From contig NC_086098.1 of assembly GCF_963921235.1 (NCBI RefSeq), positions 1,798,001-1,862,000 on the forward strand: a stretch of 64,000 nt of DNA, read 5' to 3'. Below the pieces are notes generated by a model. The model saw only the letters and a program-made list of their open reading frames with translations. It was not told the origin of the DNA and ran no database searches. A program made the position numbers and the translations under genes. The DNA comes from Mobula hypostoma (lineage: Eukaryota). This document shows, one piece after another, positions 36,201-49,068 of this stretch (its first letter is position 1; every line of letters begins with the position of its first letter).

Positions 36201-37706
36201 TTGAGCAAGGTCTGCTCCCAGAAAGCCAGTGCAGCTTCTGTGCTGAACGTGGGACTGCAGACATGATTTTTGCTGCGCGCCAACTCCAGGAAAAATGCCA
36301 GGAGCAACACAGCGACCTCTTCGTGACCTTTGTCGATCTAACCAAGGCTTTCGATACGGTCAGCAGAAAAGGCTTGTGGAAGATCATGGAGAAGTTTGGC
36401 TGCCCCAGCAAGTTCATCACAATCGTCCGGCAGTTCCACGACAGTATGATGGTGAAAGTTCTGGATGACGGCGACGAGTCGGAGGCCTTCCCAGTGACAA
36501 ATGGCGTCAAACAAGGCTGCGTTCTTGCCCCGACTCTGTTCAGTATGGTATTCTCTGCCATGCTGACAGATGCCTTCCGTAACTACGAAGAAGGAATCCA
36601 CGTCAGGTACAGGACTGACGGCAGGTTGTTCAACCTTAGGTGCCTGCAGGCAGTTACAAAGGTGCGAGAGACTGTCATCAGAAACTTGTTGTTTGCTGAT
36701 GACTCCACATTCAACGCCAGCACAGAGCAGGAGATGCAGCGTGAAATGGACTGCTTCTCACAAGTCTGCGACAACTTCGGTCTCACTATCAGCACCAAAA
36801 AGACCGAAGTTATGTACCAGCCTGCCCCAGGAAAGCCATACCAGGAGCCGCGCATCACGGTGAAGGGCCAGAACCTCCAGGCAGTCGACAACTTCACCTA
36901 CCTGGGCAGCATACTCTCTCGCGCAGTGAACATAGACGCTGAGGTCAACAACAGGATTGCCAAAGCCAGCGCCGCCTTTGGGAGACTTTGTGAGAATGTC
37001 TGGGAGCGGAGAGGACTCAGCCTTACCACCAAGCTGAAGGTCTACTGTGCAGTGGTCCTTACCACCCTCCTTTACGCCAGTGAGACCTGGACTGTCTACA
37101 GCAGACACGCCAAACAGCTCAACCACTTTCACCTGAGCTGTCTCCGCAGACTCCTCCACATCAGGTGACAGGACAAAGTCCCCGACACGGAAATCCTGGA
37201 ACGAGCTGGGCTCTGCAGCGTCTACACCCTCCTGCTGAAAGCCCAAGCCAGGTGGGCTGGACATGTGGTCAGAATGCCAGACAGCCGATTGCCTACGGAG
37301 AACTGTGTCAGGGCAAGCGCTCAGTCGGGGGGCAGAAGAAACGTTACAAAGACTGCCTCAAAGCGTCCCTCAAAGGCCTGGGTGTCGACATCAACATGTG
37401 GGAGATGCTTGCCCTCGACCGTCCAGCTTGGCACAGCAAGATCACCACAGGAGCACGTGCAGCTGAAGTCAGGCGCATCATCGAGGCACAACGAAAGTGT
37501 GCTGTGCGCAAGGCCCGAGCAGCATCCACTGCCACGACAGCACCCACCCACTTGTGTCCCACATGTGGGCGAGCCTTCAGGGCCCAGATTGGCCTCATCA
37601 GTCACCTCCAGACCCACAGCCACCAATCTCCCATTTGACTTTGAAGCCGTGGTCATCTTCGACTACGAGGGACGAACAACAACAACAACAACAAAACAAC
37701 AACAGC
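33286..37706 (+). mobile_element. Near full-length RTE-clade LINE with extra GC-rich 5' segment
   Basis: APE (LGTWNVRTL, LSETR, SAYAPT, TDH) from 34393; RT 35585-37168 (DLTKAFD, GVKQGCVLAP, LFADD); C-terminal C2H2 CPTCGRAF...HLQTH; (CAA)n tail; TSD ACCA(C/T)CTGATT at 33275-85 and 37707-17; a few stops and frameshifts. Confidence 0.92.
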
Positions 37707-37779
37707 ACCATCTGATTCCTAAATGGACATTGAATCTTTGGACACTACTTCACTTTTTTTTAATATGCAGTGTTTCTGT

Positions 37780-40250
37780 ACCATAGAACCATAGAACCAT
37801 AGAAACTACAGCACAGAAACAGGCCCTTTGGCCCTTCTTGGCTGTGCCGAACCATTTTCTGCCTAGTCCCACTGACCTGCACACGGACCATATCCCTCCA
37901 TACACCTTCCATCCATGTATCTGTCCAATTTATTCTTAAATGTTAAAAAAGAACCCTCCATTTAAATTGATTAATAATTATTTCTCATATCTTGGGATTA
38001 AAATTACTTGTAAATACAAAGATTTATTTAAGACTAACTTTTTACCATTAATAGACCATATTACTCAACTTTCATCTAAATGGTTTCCCTTATATTTAAC
38101 TTTGATTGGTCGTATTAATGCAGTTAAGATGTTTTTTTTTGCCAAAATTTTTATATGTGTTTCAGGCATTACCAATTTTTGTTCCAAAATCTTTCTTTGA
38201 TAAAGTTGACTCTAAAATTTCTTCATTTATTTGGCAGAATAAGAATCCGAGACTGGGTAAAATACATTTACAGAAAGCTAAGAGAGATGGAGGTTTAGCA
38301 TTACCTAACTTTAGATTCTATTATTGGGCTATTAATATTCGACATATGAAATTTTGGTTACTTGATCAGGACATACTATCTATTCCTAAATGGGTAGCAT
38401 TGGAACTACAATCTGTTCAGGGTTATACACTTGGCTCTATTTTAGGCTCCTCTCTCCCTTTTGATTCGAAACGCCTTAAGCAGGTCTCTAACCCGATAGT
38501 TAAATATGCTTTGCGCATTTGGTTTCAATTCAGAAAATTTTTTGATCTTAATCAATTCGGGTTAGCGATTCCTATTTTAGGTAACATATTTTTTCCTCCC
38601 TCTTTTACGGATCGCGCTTTTCAAACTTGGAAGACTAAGGGTATTTTACGGTTTTTGGATTTATTTTTAGATGGTTCCCTTATGTCTTTTGAACAATTAT
38701 CTAATAAATATAACTTATCAAGAATACATTTTTTTAGATATTTACAAGTTAGAAATTTCCTAAGTACTATACTTTCTTCCTTTCTAATGCTTCCTCCTAC
38801 ATATATTTTAGATTCGATAATTAACCTCAATCCACGTCAGAAAGGTGCATCGGCTATGATTTATAATATTATTATGAAACTTAGGAAAGCTCCATTTGAT
38901 AAGATTAGGGTAGATTGGGAACAGGAATTGGGGCTTACCATTTCTGTAGATGATTGGGGGCAGATTTTACAATTAGTTAATACTTCCTCTATTTGTGCTA
39001 AACATTCCCTAATTCAATTTAAGTGGTTCATAGAGCACATATGTCCAAAGATAAGTTAGCGCGTTTTTACTCGCATATTAATCCTTTCTGTGATAGATGT
39101 TCGGGGCAGATAGCCTCTTTAACTCATATGTTTTGGTCTTGCCCTACTTTGGAAACTTTTTGGAGAGATATTTTTAATATTATTTCTAAGGTATTAAATA
39201 TAGATATCTCTCCTCACCCTATTACTGCTATCTTTGGACTACCTAAAATTTCTAGTAATCTTTCCCCTTCAGCCCGTAGAATGATTGCATTTCTTACTTT
39301 AATGGCGAAAAGATGTATTTTACAACATTGGAAAGAGCTTAATGCTCCAACTACCTTTTTTTGGTTTTCTCAGACGATTTTATGTTTGAATTTGGAGAAA
39401 ATTAGAAGTAACCTTTATGATTCTTCATTTAAATTTGAACAGATTTGGGGACCTTTTATTCGATATTTTCATTTAATGTAATATTTACCCTTCTTGTTTC
39501 TTTTCACTGTTCTTAATGGAGGTCGGGATTGAGGACGTGATTTTAAGTTTAACTCTGTTTGGTTTCAAGTTAGCCCATTGCTTTGCTTTGCTTTTAGTTA
39601 GTTGCACGGTGGGTTTTTTTTGGGGTTTTTTTTTTCTTTTTTTTTCCATTGATATATATAAAATTTAGTATACTATTATGTTATCTTGGTTTCTTATGTT
39701 TAAATTACATTGTTTGTAGTATTTTTTTTTGGTATTGATACCTTTTGGAATTTTATTATACTTTAACATTGTATTAATGTTTATATGGCTTACCTTTTTT
39801 GTATACTTATTCAATAAAAAGATTTAAAAAGAAAAGAAAGAAAAAAGAACCTGCATTTACCACCTCGTCTGGCAGCTCATTCCATACTCCCACCACTCTC
39901 TGTGTGAAGAAGCCCCCACTAATGTTCCCTTTAAACTTTTCCCCCCTCACCCTTAACCCATGTCCTCTGGTTTTTTTCTCCCCTTGCCTCAGTGGAAAAA
40001 GCCTGCTTGCATTCACTCTATCTATACCCATCATAATTTTATATATCTCTATGAAATCTCCCCTCATTCTTCTACGCTCCAGGGAATAAAGTCCTAACCT
40101 ATTCAACCTTTCTCTGTAAACCTTCTCTGCACTCTTTCAACCTTATTTATATCCTTCCTGTAATTTGGTGACCAAAACTGAACACAATACTCCAGATTCG
40201 GCCTCACCAATGCCTTATACAACCTCATCATAACATTCCAACTCTTATAC
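37780..40250 (-). mobile_element. CR1 3' fragment interrupted by L1
   Basis: (CCATAGAA)n tail at 37780-37805; ORF 39807-40106; near-identical to 20345-20800. Confidence 0.92.
37956..39840 (+). mobile_element. 5'-truncated L1-clade LINE (ORF2 C-terminus plus 3'UTR)
   Basis: YLGI, GRINAVKM, SFIW, GGLALPNF.YYWA, CCHC CDRC...HMFWSC; AATAAA and A-rich tail; TSD AAAAAAGAACC at 37945-55 and 39841-51 at a TT/AAAA site. Confidence 0.93.
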
Positions 40251-40964
40251 TTTGCACATTTTTAAAATCTATTCAATATATGTTATTGATTTACTTATTT
40301 ATTTTTGTATTATTATTTTTATTTATTTATTTTTCTCTTCTATATTATGAACTGCTGCTGCTAAGTTAACAAGTTTCATGTTACATGCTGGTGATAATAA
40401 ACCTGATTCTGATTCCGATTCTGTTGGTCTCATTCATTCCATGAAAGGCAATCGTAGTTTACAGATTGAATCATTACAGCAGAGTACAGGCTTTGGGAAG
40501 GAATTGGACTTACAGACTTGTGGGCCTTGATCCTTGGCATCGATCCCAGGACATGCCCATCCCTAATACCAGCACTTGGAATCGCCGGTGGCGGGAAACT
40601 GAACGCTAGGCCTCAAACTCCTACCTCAGCAATTCCTGAACCCAGATAGTCAATGGTCCCTGTCCCTCCTGCCTACACGGAACTCTGACTCTGGATCCCG
40701 CCAGCCACTCACTGACCTAGGGAAGTTGGCACTCATTCACTCTCCTGAATGGTCCAACAACCGATGGCCAACGTCTGACCACGAAAGTGTCCCATGTGGC
40801 CTTCGATCACACAGCAGAGACTTAGACTCCAGCCTGACCTCTAATTACTCGCACATCTCTTCCTAATACCCGAAACTGCTTTTGATTACTTGGCCTTTAA
40901 GTTAAAAATTAGTTGAATTTACGCTGTAGCCTCAAAAATGCTACACCCATCATTAAGGGCCCTT

Positions 40965-41000
40965 CATTATATATTTTATATCTATATCTGTCTATCTATC

Positions 41001-41045
<45 letters not shown>

Positions 41046-41150
41046 TACACACACACATCTATTTATATATACACATAAATCTATATATATATAAACAACA
41101 TAAATTATTATAATTATATATTTGCTGTTGTATTTTATATTATTATGATT
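40965..41150. repeat. (TA)n(CA)n microsatellite and AT-rich low-complexity tract
   Basis: Direct inspection. Confidence 0.9.
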
Positions 41151-41921
41151 ATGTATTGCTCCCACAAAAGAACAAATTTTACACATACGCCAGTGATAAT
41201 AAACCAGATTCTAATTCAATTAGCACGGTGCAACCTATTTTTTTTTATATGCCAAATATTTACTTTACAAATCCATCAGAATTTTTTTCAGTACAAGACC
41301 CAGCATGATGTATTGAAATTATAATATATCTTTCTGTCATTACTTTACTTGTCTTCATTCCATTGCGTTGAGGGTAACGATAATACATGTATAAGCCTCA
41401 ACGCTGGGCATGCTCAATTACCTGCCAATTGCAGTCAGACACCAGGTCACAGGAAGGGTTTCATAACAGCAAATAATGAATCCTACACTGTAATAAGCTT
41501 ACTGCTGCGTGAACATGCAACTCCTGTACAAGGTGCAATGGTTCAAGATTCAAAATCCAAGACTCAAAATTGCTTAACATCATTTGCAGTACACAAGTGT
41601 AAAAGGGAATGAAATAATTGTTACTCTGGATCTGATACAGCGTGAAAAAAACACAATAAGATAAAGAACGCAATAATAAAAAACATAATAAATATAAGTA
41701 CACAAGATAGCTTATATATGTAGATTGATTATATGTCCATAAAATGACATTAGGCACTGGAGCGTCTGTATGTAAGGTGACTCTGACAGTTAATGATAAA
41801 GTAGAGATGATTGGGGGTATGTAGAGGTGGGGAGGAGGTGTAGTGTGTGGACGTGTTGATCAGTCTTACTGCTTGGGAAAAGTAACTGTTTTTGAGTCTG
41901 GTGCTCATCCTGGCATAACTG

Positions 41922-44900
41922 CATGAGACACAGGAGCAGAATTAGGCCATTTGGCCTGTCCAACCTGCTTCACCATTCAATCATGGCTGATCCCTTTTTT
42001 CCCTCCTCAGCCCCCCTCCCTGGACTTCTCCCTATAACCTTTGATGCCATGTCCAATCAAGGACCTACCAAGCTCTGCCTTAAATACACCCATGGACCTG
42101 CCTCCACAGCTGTCTGTGGTAATAAATTCCAGAAATTCACCACCCTCTGGCGAAAGAAATGTCTCCGCATCTCTGTTTTAAATGAACACTCCTTTATCCT
42201 GAGGCTGTGCCCTCTTGTCCTAGACTCACCCACCATGGGAAACATCCTTTCTACATCTCTGTATAGGCCTTTCAACATTTAAAAGATTCCCCCCTCATCC
42301 TTCTACATTTCAACGAGTGCAGATCCAGATTCCTTGTCTGATAACCCATTCATTTCCGGAATCATCCTTGTCGACCTCCTCTGGACCCTTTCCAATGCCA
42401 GCACATCTTTTCTTGGATGAGGAACCCAAAACTGTTCACAATACTCATGGTGAAGCCTCACCAGTGCCTTGTAAAGCTTTAGCATCACATCCCTGCTCTT
42501 GTATTCTAGACCTCTTGAAAGGAATGCTAACATGGCATTTGTCTTCCTCACCACTGACTTTACCTGCAAGCTAATCTTCAAGTTGTTCTGAACAAGGAAT
42601 CCCAAGGCCCTTGGCACCTCAGATTTTTGGATTTTCTCCCCATTTAGAAAAGAGTCTGGTCATTTATTTCTACTACCAAAGTGCATAACCCTGCATTTTC
42701 CAACATTGTATTTTATTTGCCACGTTCTTGCCCAATCTCCTAATCTGTCTAAGTCCTTCTGTAGCCTACCTGTTTCTTCAACTTTACCACCAATCTTCGT
42801 ATCATCTGCAAACTTGGCAACAAAGCCATCTATTTCATCATTTAAATCACTGATATGCGACATAAAAAAGAAATGGTCCCAACGCCTACCCCTGTGGAAC
42901 ACCACTAGTCACTGGCAGCCAACCAGACAAGGATCCTTTTATTCCCACCCGCTGCCTCCAACTAATCAGCCAATCCTCTAACCATACCAGTAACTTCTCT
43001 GTAATAATTTGGGCATTTTGTTAATTTGGTAAACAGCCTTGTCAAAGACCTTCTAAAATCCAAAGGTACAACATCTACTGCATCTCTTTTATCCATCCTA
43101 CGTGTAATCTCCTCAAAGAATTCCAACAGGCTAATTATGCAAGATTTTTCCTTAAGGAAGCCATATTAACTTTGTCCTATCTTGTGCTGTGTCACCAAGT
43201 ACTCCATAACCTCATATTTAACAACTGACTGAAGTCTGGCTAACCAGTCTATAATTTCCTTTCTGCTGCCTTCCTCCTTTCTTAAAGAGTGGAGTGACAT
43301 TTGGAATTTTCCAATCCCGTGGCACCATGCCAGAGTTCAATGATTTTTGAAAAATCATTACTAATACCTCCACAATCTCTACATGCTACCTCTCTAAGAA
43401 TCCAAGGGTGTAGTTCATCTGGTCCAGGTGACATGTACCCTTATGTCTTTCAGCTTTTTGAGCCCCGTCTCCCTTGGAATTGTACCTGCACTTACTTCTC
43501 TTCCCTCATACCTTTCAACATCTGGTACACTGCCAGTGAAGACTGATGCAAAATACTCGTTTAGTTCATCTACCATCTCCTTGTCCCCAGTTATTATTTT
43601 TTCAGCCTCATTTTCTAGCGGTCTTATCTCCACTCTCATCTCTTTGTTTTATTTATTTATTTATTTATTTATTTCACACTTGTAAAAGCTTTTACTCTCC
43701 ACTTGATATTGTTTGCTAGTTTGCTTTCATATTTCATAGAAACATAGAAACATAGAAAATAGGTGCAGGAGTAGGCCATTCGGCCCTTCGAGCCTGCACC
43801 GCCATTTATTATGATCATGGCTGATCATCCAACTCAGAACCCCGCCCCAGCCTTCCCTCCATACCCCCTGACCCCTGTAGCCACAAGGGCCATATCTAAC
43901 TCCCTCTTAAACATAGCCAATGAACTGGCCTCAACAGTTTCCTGTGGCAGAGAATTCCACAGATTCACCACTCTCTGTGTGAAGAAGTTTTTCCTAATCG
44001 CGGTCCTAAAAGGCTTCCCCTCTATCCTCAAACTGTGACCCCTCGTTCTGGACTTCCCCAACATTGGGAACAATCTTCCTGCATCTAGCCCGTCCAATCC
44101 CTTTAGGATCTTATACGTTTCAATCAGATCCCCCCTCAATCTTCTAAATTCCAACGAGTACAAGCCCAGTTCATCCAGTCTTTCTTCATATGAAAGTCCT
44201 GCCATCCCAAGAATCAATCTGGTGAACCTTCTTTGTACTCCCTCTATGGCAAAGATGTCTTTCCTCAGATTAGGGGACCAAAACTGCACACAGTACTCCA
44301 GGTGTGGTCTCACCAAGGCCTTGTACAACTGCAGTAGTACCTCCCTGCTCCTGTACTCGAATCCTCTCGCTATAAATGCCAGCATACCATTCGCCTTTTT
44401 CACCGCCTGCTGTACCTGCATGCCCACTTTCAATGACTGGTGTATAATGACACCCAGGTCTCGTTGCACCTCCCCTTTTCCTAATCGGCCACCATTCAGA
44501 TAATAATCTGTTTTCCTATTTTTGCCACCAAAGTGGATAACTTCACATTTATCCACATTAAATTGCATCTGCCATGAGTTTGCCCACTCACCCAACCTAT
44601 CCAAGTCACCCTGCATCCTCTTAGCATCCTCCTCACTGCTAACACTGCCACCCAGCTTCGTGTCATCCGCAAACTTGGAGATGCTGCATTTAATTCCCTC
44701 ATCCAAGTCATTAATATATATTGTAAACAACTGGGGTCCCAGCACTGAGCCTTGCGGTACCCCACTAGTCACTGCCTGCCATTCTGAAAAGGTCCCGTTT
44801 ATTCCCACTCTTTGCTTCCTGTCTGCTAACCAATTCTCCACCCACACCAATACCGTGTGCTTTAAGTTTGCACCCTAATCTCCTGTGTGGGACCTTGTCA

Positions 44901-46105
44901 AAAGCCTTTTGAAAATCCAAATATACCACATCCACTGGTTCTCCCCTATCCACTCTACTAGTTACATCCTCAAAAAATTCTATCAGATTCGTCAGACATG
45001 ATTTTCCTTTCACAAATCCATGCTGACTTTGTCCGATCATTTCACCGCTTTCCAAATGTGCTGTTATCACATCCTTGATAACTGACTCCAGCAGTTTCCC
45101 CACCACCGACGTTAGGCTAACCGGTCTATAATTCCCTGGTTTCTCTCTCCCTCCTTTTTTAAAAAGTGGGGTTACATTAGCCAATCCTCAGGAACTAGTC
45201 CAGAATCTAACGAGTTTTGAAAAATTATCACTAATGCATCCACTATTTCTTGGGCTACTTCCTTAAGCACTCTAGGATGCAGACCATCTGGCCCTGGGGA
45301 TTTATCTGCCTTCAATCCCTTCAATTTACCTAACATCACTTCCCTACTAACATGTATTTCACTCCGTTCCTCCATCTCACTGGACCCTCTGTCCCTTACT
45401 ATTTCTGGAAGATTATTTATGTCCTCCTTAGTGAAGACAGAACCAAAGTAATTATTCAATTGGTCTGCCATGTCCTTGCTCCCCATAATCAATTCACCTG
45501 TTTCTGTCTGCAGGGGACCTACATTTGTCTTTACCAGTCTTTTCCTTTTTACATATCTATAAAAATATTTCATCTTTTCTCTCTTAATGTTTCTTTTAGT
45601 TGCTCTCTGTAAGGTTTTGAAAGCTTCCCAATCCGCTGTCTTCTCACTAATTTTTGCTTTGTTGTATGCCTTCTTTTGCTTTTACATTAGCCTTAACTTC
45701 CCTTGTCAGCCACGGTTGTACTATTTTGTCATTTGAGTATTCCTTCTTTTTAGAATACATCCATCCTGCACCTTCCACATTTTTCCCAGAAACTCATGCC
45801 ATTGCTGCTGTGCTGTCATCCCTCTTAGCATCTCCTTCCAATTTACTTGGCGAACTCCCCTCTCATACCGCTGTAATTTCCTTTACTCCACTGAAATCCT
45901 GTTATGTCAGACTTTACTTTCTCCCTATTAAATTTCAAGTTGAACTCAATCAGATTGTGATCACTGCCTCCTAAGGGTTCTTTTACCTTAAGCTCCCTAC
46001 TCACCTCCATTTCATTACATAAGACCCAATCCAGTATAGCTGGTCCCCTAGTAGGCTCAATGACAAACTGTTCTGAAAAGCCGTCTTGTAGGCATTCAAC
46101 AAAGA
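41922..46105 (-). mobile_element. Older degenerate CR1 ORF2 interrupted by a young CR1
   Basis: ORF fragments 42057-42278, 42303-42617, 42660-42905, 43415-43639 and 45843-46100. Confidence 0.85.
43736..45565 (-). mobile_element. Young 5'-truncated CR1, (TTTCTATG)n family
   Basis: ORFs 45172-45573, 44765-45184 and 43834-44850, almost identical to 62162-63718. Confidence 0.96.
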
Positions 46106-46805
46106 ACACAGAACATAGAATAGTACAGCACAGTACAGGCCCTTCAGCCCACAATGTTGTGCCAACCCTCAAACCCTGCCTCCCATATAACCCCCCACCT
46201 TAAATTCCTCCATATACCTGTCTAGTAGTCTCTTAAACTTCACTAGTGTATCTGCCCCCACCACTGACTCAGGCAGTGCTATCCATGCACCAACCACTCT
46301 CTGAGTAAAAAACCTTCCTCTAATATCCCCCTTGAACTTTCCACCCCTTACCTTAAAGCCATGTCCTCTTGTATTGAGCAGTGGTGCCCTAGGGGCGCTG
46401 GCTGTCCACTCTGTCTATTCCTCTTAATATCTCGTATACCTCTATCATGTCTCCTCTCATCCTCCTTCTCTCCAAAGAGTAAAGCCCTAGCTCCCTTAAT
46501 CTCTGATCATAATGCATACTCTCTAAACCAGGCAGCATCCTGGTAAATCTCCTCTGTACCCTTTCCAATGCTTCCACATCCTTCCTTTAGTGAGGCGACC
46601 AGAACTGGACACAGTACTCCAAGTGTGGCCTGACCAGAGTTTTATAGAGCTGCATCATTACATCGGGACTCTTAAACTCTATCCCTCGACTTATGAAAAC
46701 TAACACCCCATAAGCTTTCTTAACTACCCTATCTGCCTGTGTGGCAACTTTCAGGAATCTGTGGACATGTACCCTCAGATCCCTCTGCTCCTCCACACTA
46801 CCAAG
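46106..46805 (-). mobile_element. CR1 3' fragment
   Basis: ORFs 46587-46835 and 46389-46577 ([26 protein letters not shown]). Confidence 0.9.
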
Positions 46806-46884
46806 ACAAAAGACAAGATGGGCCCAGTGCCCCATTTCTGTGCTGTGGGGTTGTATGACTCTATATTATATATATTTTATATAT

Positions 46885-47527
46885 TTATACAGTACAGAAC
46901 AAGTTAGGACACTACCAATACCACTGCAGTACTATAAAACTATATTAGTTCTTAATATTTATGGAAAGACAAATTCATCCGAGTCATTTGTTTTGGATTG
47001 TAAATGAACAGAATCAGTGTAAACACCTAGTGTAGTTAATAGACTGCCTTCATCCAATGCTATCGACTATTACATCTTCCAAATGTTCATTTACATTGTA
47101 ACATTCAAGCTGATTGCTGACACCTTCAAATTCTTTGTAGTTCCTACCTTGTTGAAGTAGTGAAATGGTTTCATTTTCACTCCCAGTATTTCTACTATCT
47201 TCAAGCCTGAATGCTTGAAAGCCCAGTGAACAGTTCTCTGAATTGTCTTACTGCTTATTGCTTGCCAACCATCAGGGACAAAAATCACTTCTTTTTGAAC
47301 ACAAACACACAAGTGAAACTATTTGAAAACCGTTTGCTCTCAGCATGGCATAGTGGCTAACTGCCACACAACATACTCATGACTAACACTAGCTACAAAC
47401 TGTTCAGCAACAGTTTCCTGCCCCAATTAAGCGAATGAAGGAAATGCCAGCTACTTACTAGATGAATTTTTGTTCTTTAAGTGTTGTCTTAAATGAGTGG
47501 ATGCCCAACTAACCAGAATTCACTGTA
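46885..47527. mobile_element. Possible Tigger/pogo-like non-autonomous DNA transposon remnant
   Basis: Right end reads TA-CAGTGAATTCTGGTTAGTTGGG on the minus strand, like pogo/Tigger TIRs; left TIR not resolved. Confidence 0.4.
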
Positions 47528-47919
47528 TATACAGAAAAGGGGACGATTACAAGAAGAAAACTCAGTGGGAAGTAGTGTGATACTGACAGAGTGAAACATG
47601 AAAAATAGAGAAAAAAATGACTTTCTGCTTTAGACGTTATGCTTACAGCACATGGCAAGGTTAGTAGGATGTGAGCACTTCCATCAGTTATCAAATGGAA
47701 TATTTTCTGGACGTAACATGGCACAGCATAGTGGTTCACACCCACCCCTTCAGCCTCAGAATGAAACTCAGGAGAGAAAACTCAATATCTACAGTAGAAT
47801 ATTTTAATACTAGCCGATAAATAAGCAACACAGTAATTACAAGGCCTTTGAGAATGGCAGATTACGGTGAGACACAGCAAATATCTGCTAACAGTATAAT
47901 GAATGTAAAAGACTATATA

Positions 47920-48220
47920 TTCTCCTCACCTGTCCATCACCTCTTCCTGGTTCTCTTTCTCCTTCCCCATCTCCATGGTCATCTCACCTCTCATCAGATT
48001 CCTTCTTCATCAGCCCTTTACCTCTTCCACCCGTTACCTCCAGCTTCTTACTTCATGCCCTCTTCTCCACCCACCCAGCTTCCCCCTCAGCTGGTTTCAC
48101 CGAACCTCTCCCGGACTGCATTACATCTCCCCTCCCCTACTCTCCCACCCTTCTATTCTGGTTTCTGTTCCCTTCTTTCCCAGTCGTGACAAAGGAGCTC
48201 AGCCTGAAACATTGATTGCA
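47920..48220 (+). mobile_element. Degenerate PLE 3' region with decayed hammerhead
   Basis: Pyrimidine-rich tract like 23600-23850, ending cagtcgtgacaaaggagctcagcctgaaacattgatt. Confidence 0.6.
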
Positions 48221-48592
48221 AAATCAGCTTTGCTTAGTAAATATCAGTAATTTCCCAAGAGCAAATTTTGACTTTATTTGGGAGAGTTTAATATCAGAAA
48301 AAAGCTGCTGGGGTAATAAAATCCACAAACAACATTGCCTGAAGGGGTCTGGGATGCTCAGAAATAGGCACACCATTGCTCTGCTCTGGGCTGAGCCATT
48401 TTTAGATGATAAGACTGAGACATAGGAGGAGAATTTATCCATCTGGCCCATTGAGTCTGCTCCACCACTTCATCACAGCTAATTTATTTTGCCTCAGCCC
48501 CATTCTTCTGGTTTCTCACCATATCCCTTCATGCCCAACTGAACACGAACCTATCAACCTCTACCTCAGTACAGAAGGGATGGTTTGCACCT

Positions 48593-49068
48593 AGTCATAG
48601 TCATACTTTATTGATCCCGGGGGAAACTGGTTTTCGTTACAGTTGCACAATAAATAATTAAATAGTAATAAAACCATAAATAGTTAAATAGTAATATGTA
48701 AATGATGCCAGGAGATAAGTCCAGGACCAGCCTATCGGCTCAGGGTGTCTGACCCTCCAAGGGAGGAGTTGTAAAGTTTGATGGCCACAGGCAGGAATGG
48801 CTTCCTATGACGCTCTGTGCTGCATCTTGGTGGAATGAGTCTCTGGCTGAATGTACTCCTGTGCCCACCCAGTACATTATGTAGAGGATGGGAGACACTG
48901 TCCAAGATGGCATGCAACTTGGACAGCATCCTCTTTTCAGACACCACCGTCAGAGAGTCCAGTTCCATCCCCACAACATCACTGGCTTTACGAATGAGTT
49001 TGTTGATTCTGTTGGTGTCTGCTCCCCTCAGCCTGCTGCCCCAGCACACAACAGCAAACATGATCACA
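48593..49068 (-). mobile_element. Rex1/Babar-type LINE 3' fragment, (ATGACT)n tail
   Basis: ORF 48732-49091 nearly identical to 55685-56263; tail agtcatagtcatac. Confidence 0.9.

Noticed and set aside
34545..37656. Many antisense and alternative-frame ORFs over RTE, Hero and CR1 copies
   Set aside because: Shadow ORFs of retroelement coding sequence with no independent motifs.
41365..41405. Hairpin GCGTTGAGG...CCTCAACGC
   Set aside because: A 9-bp stem alone is too short for a pre-miRNA and is plausible by chance.
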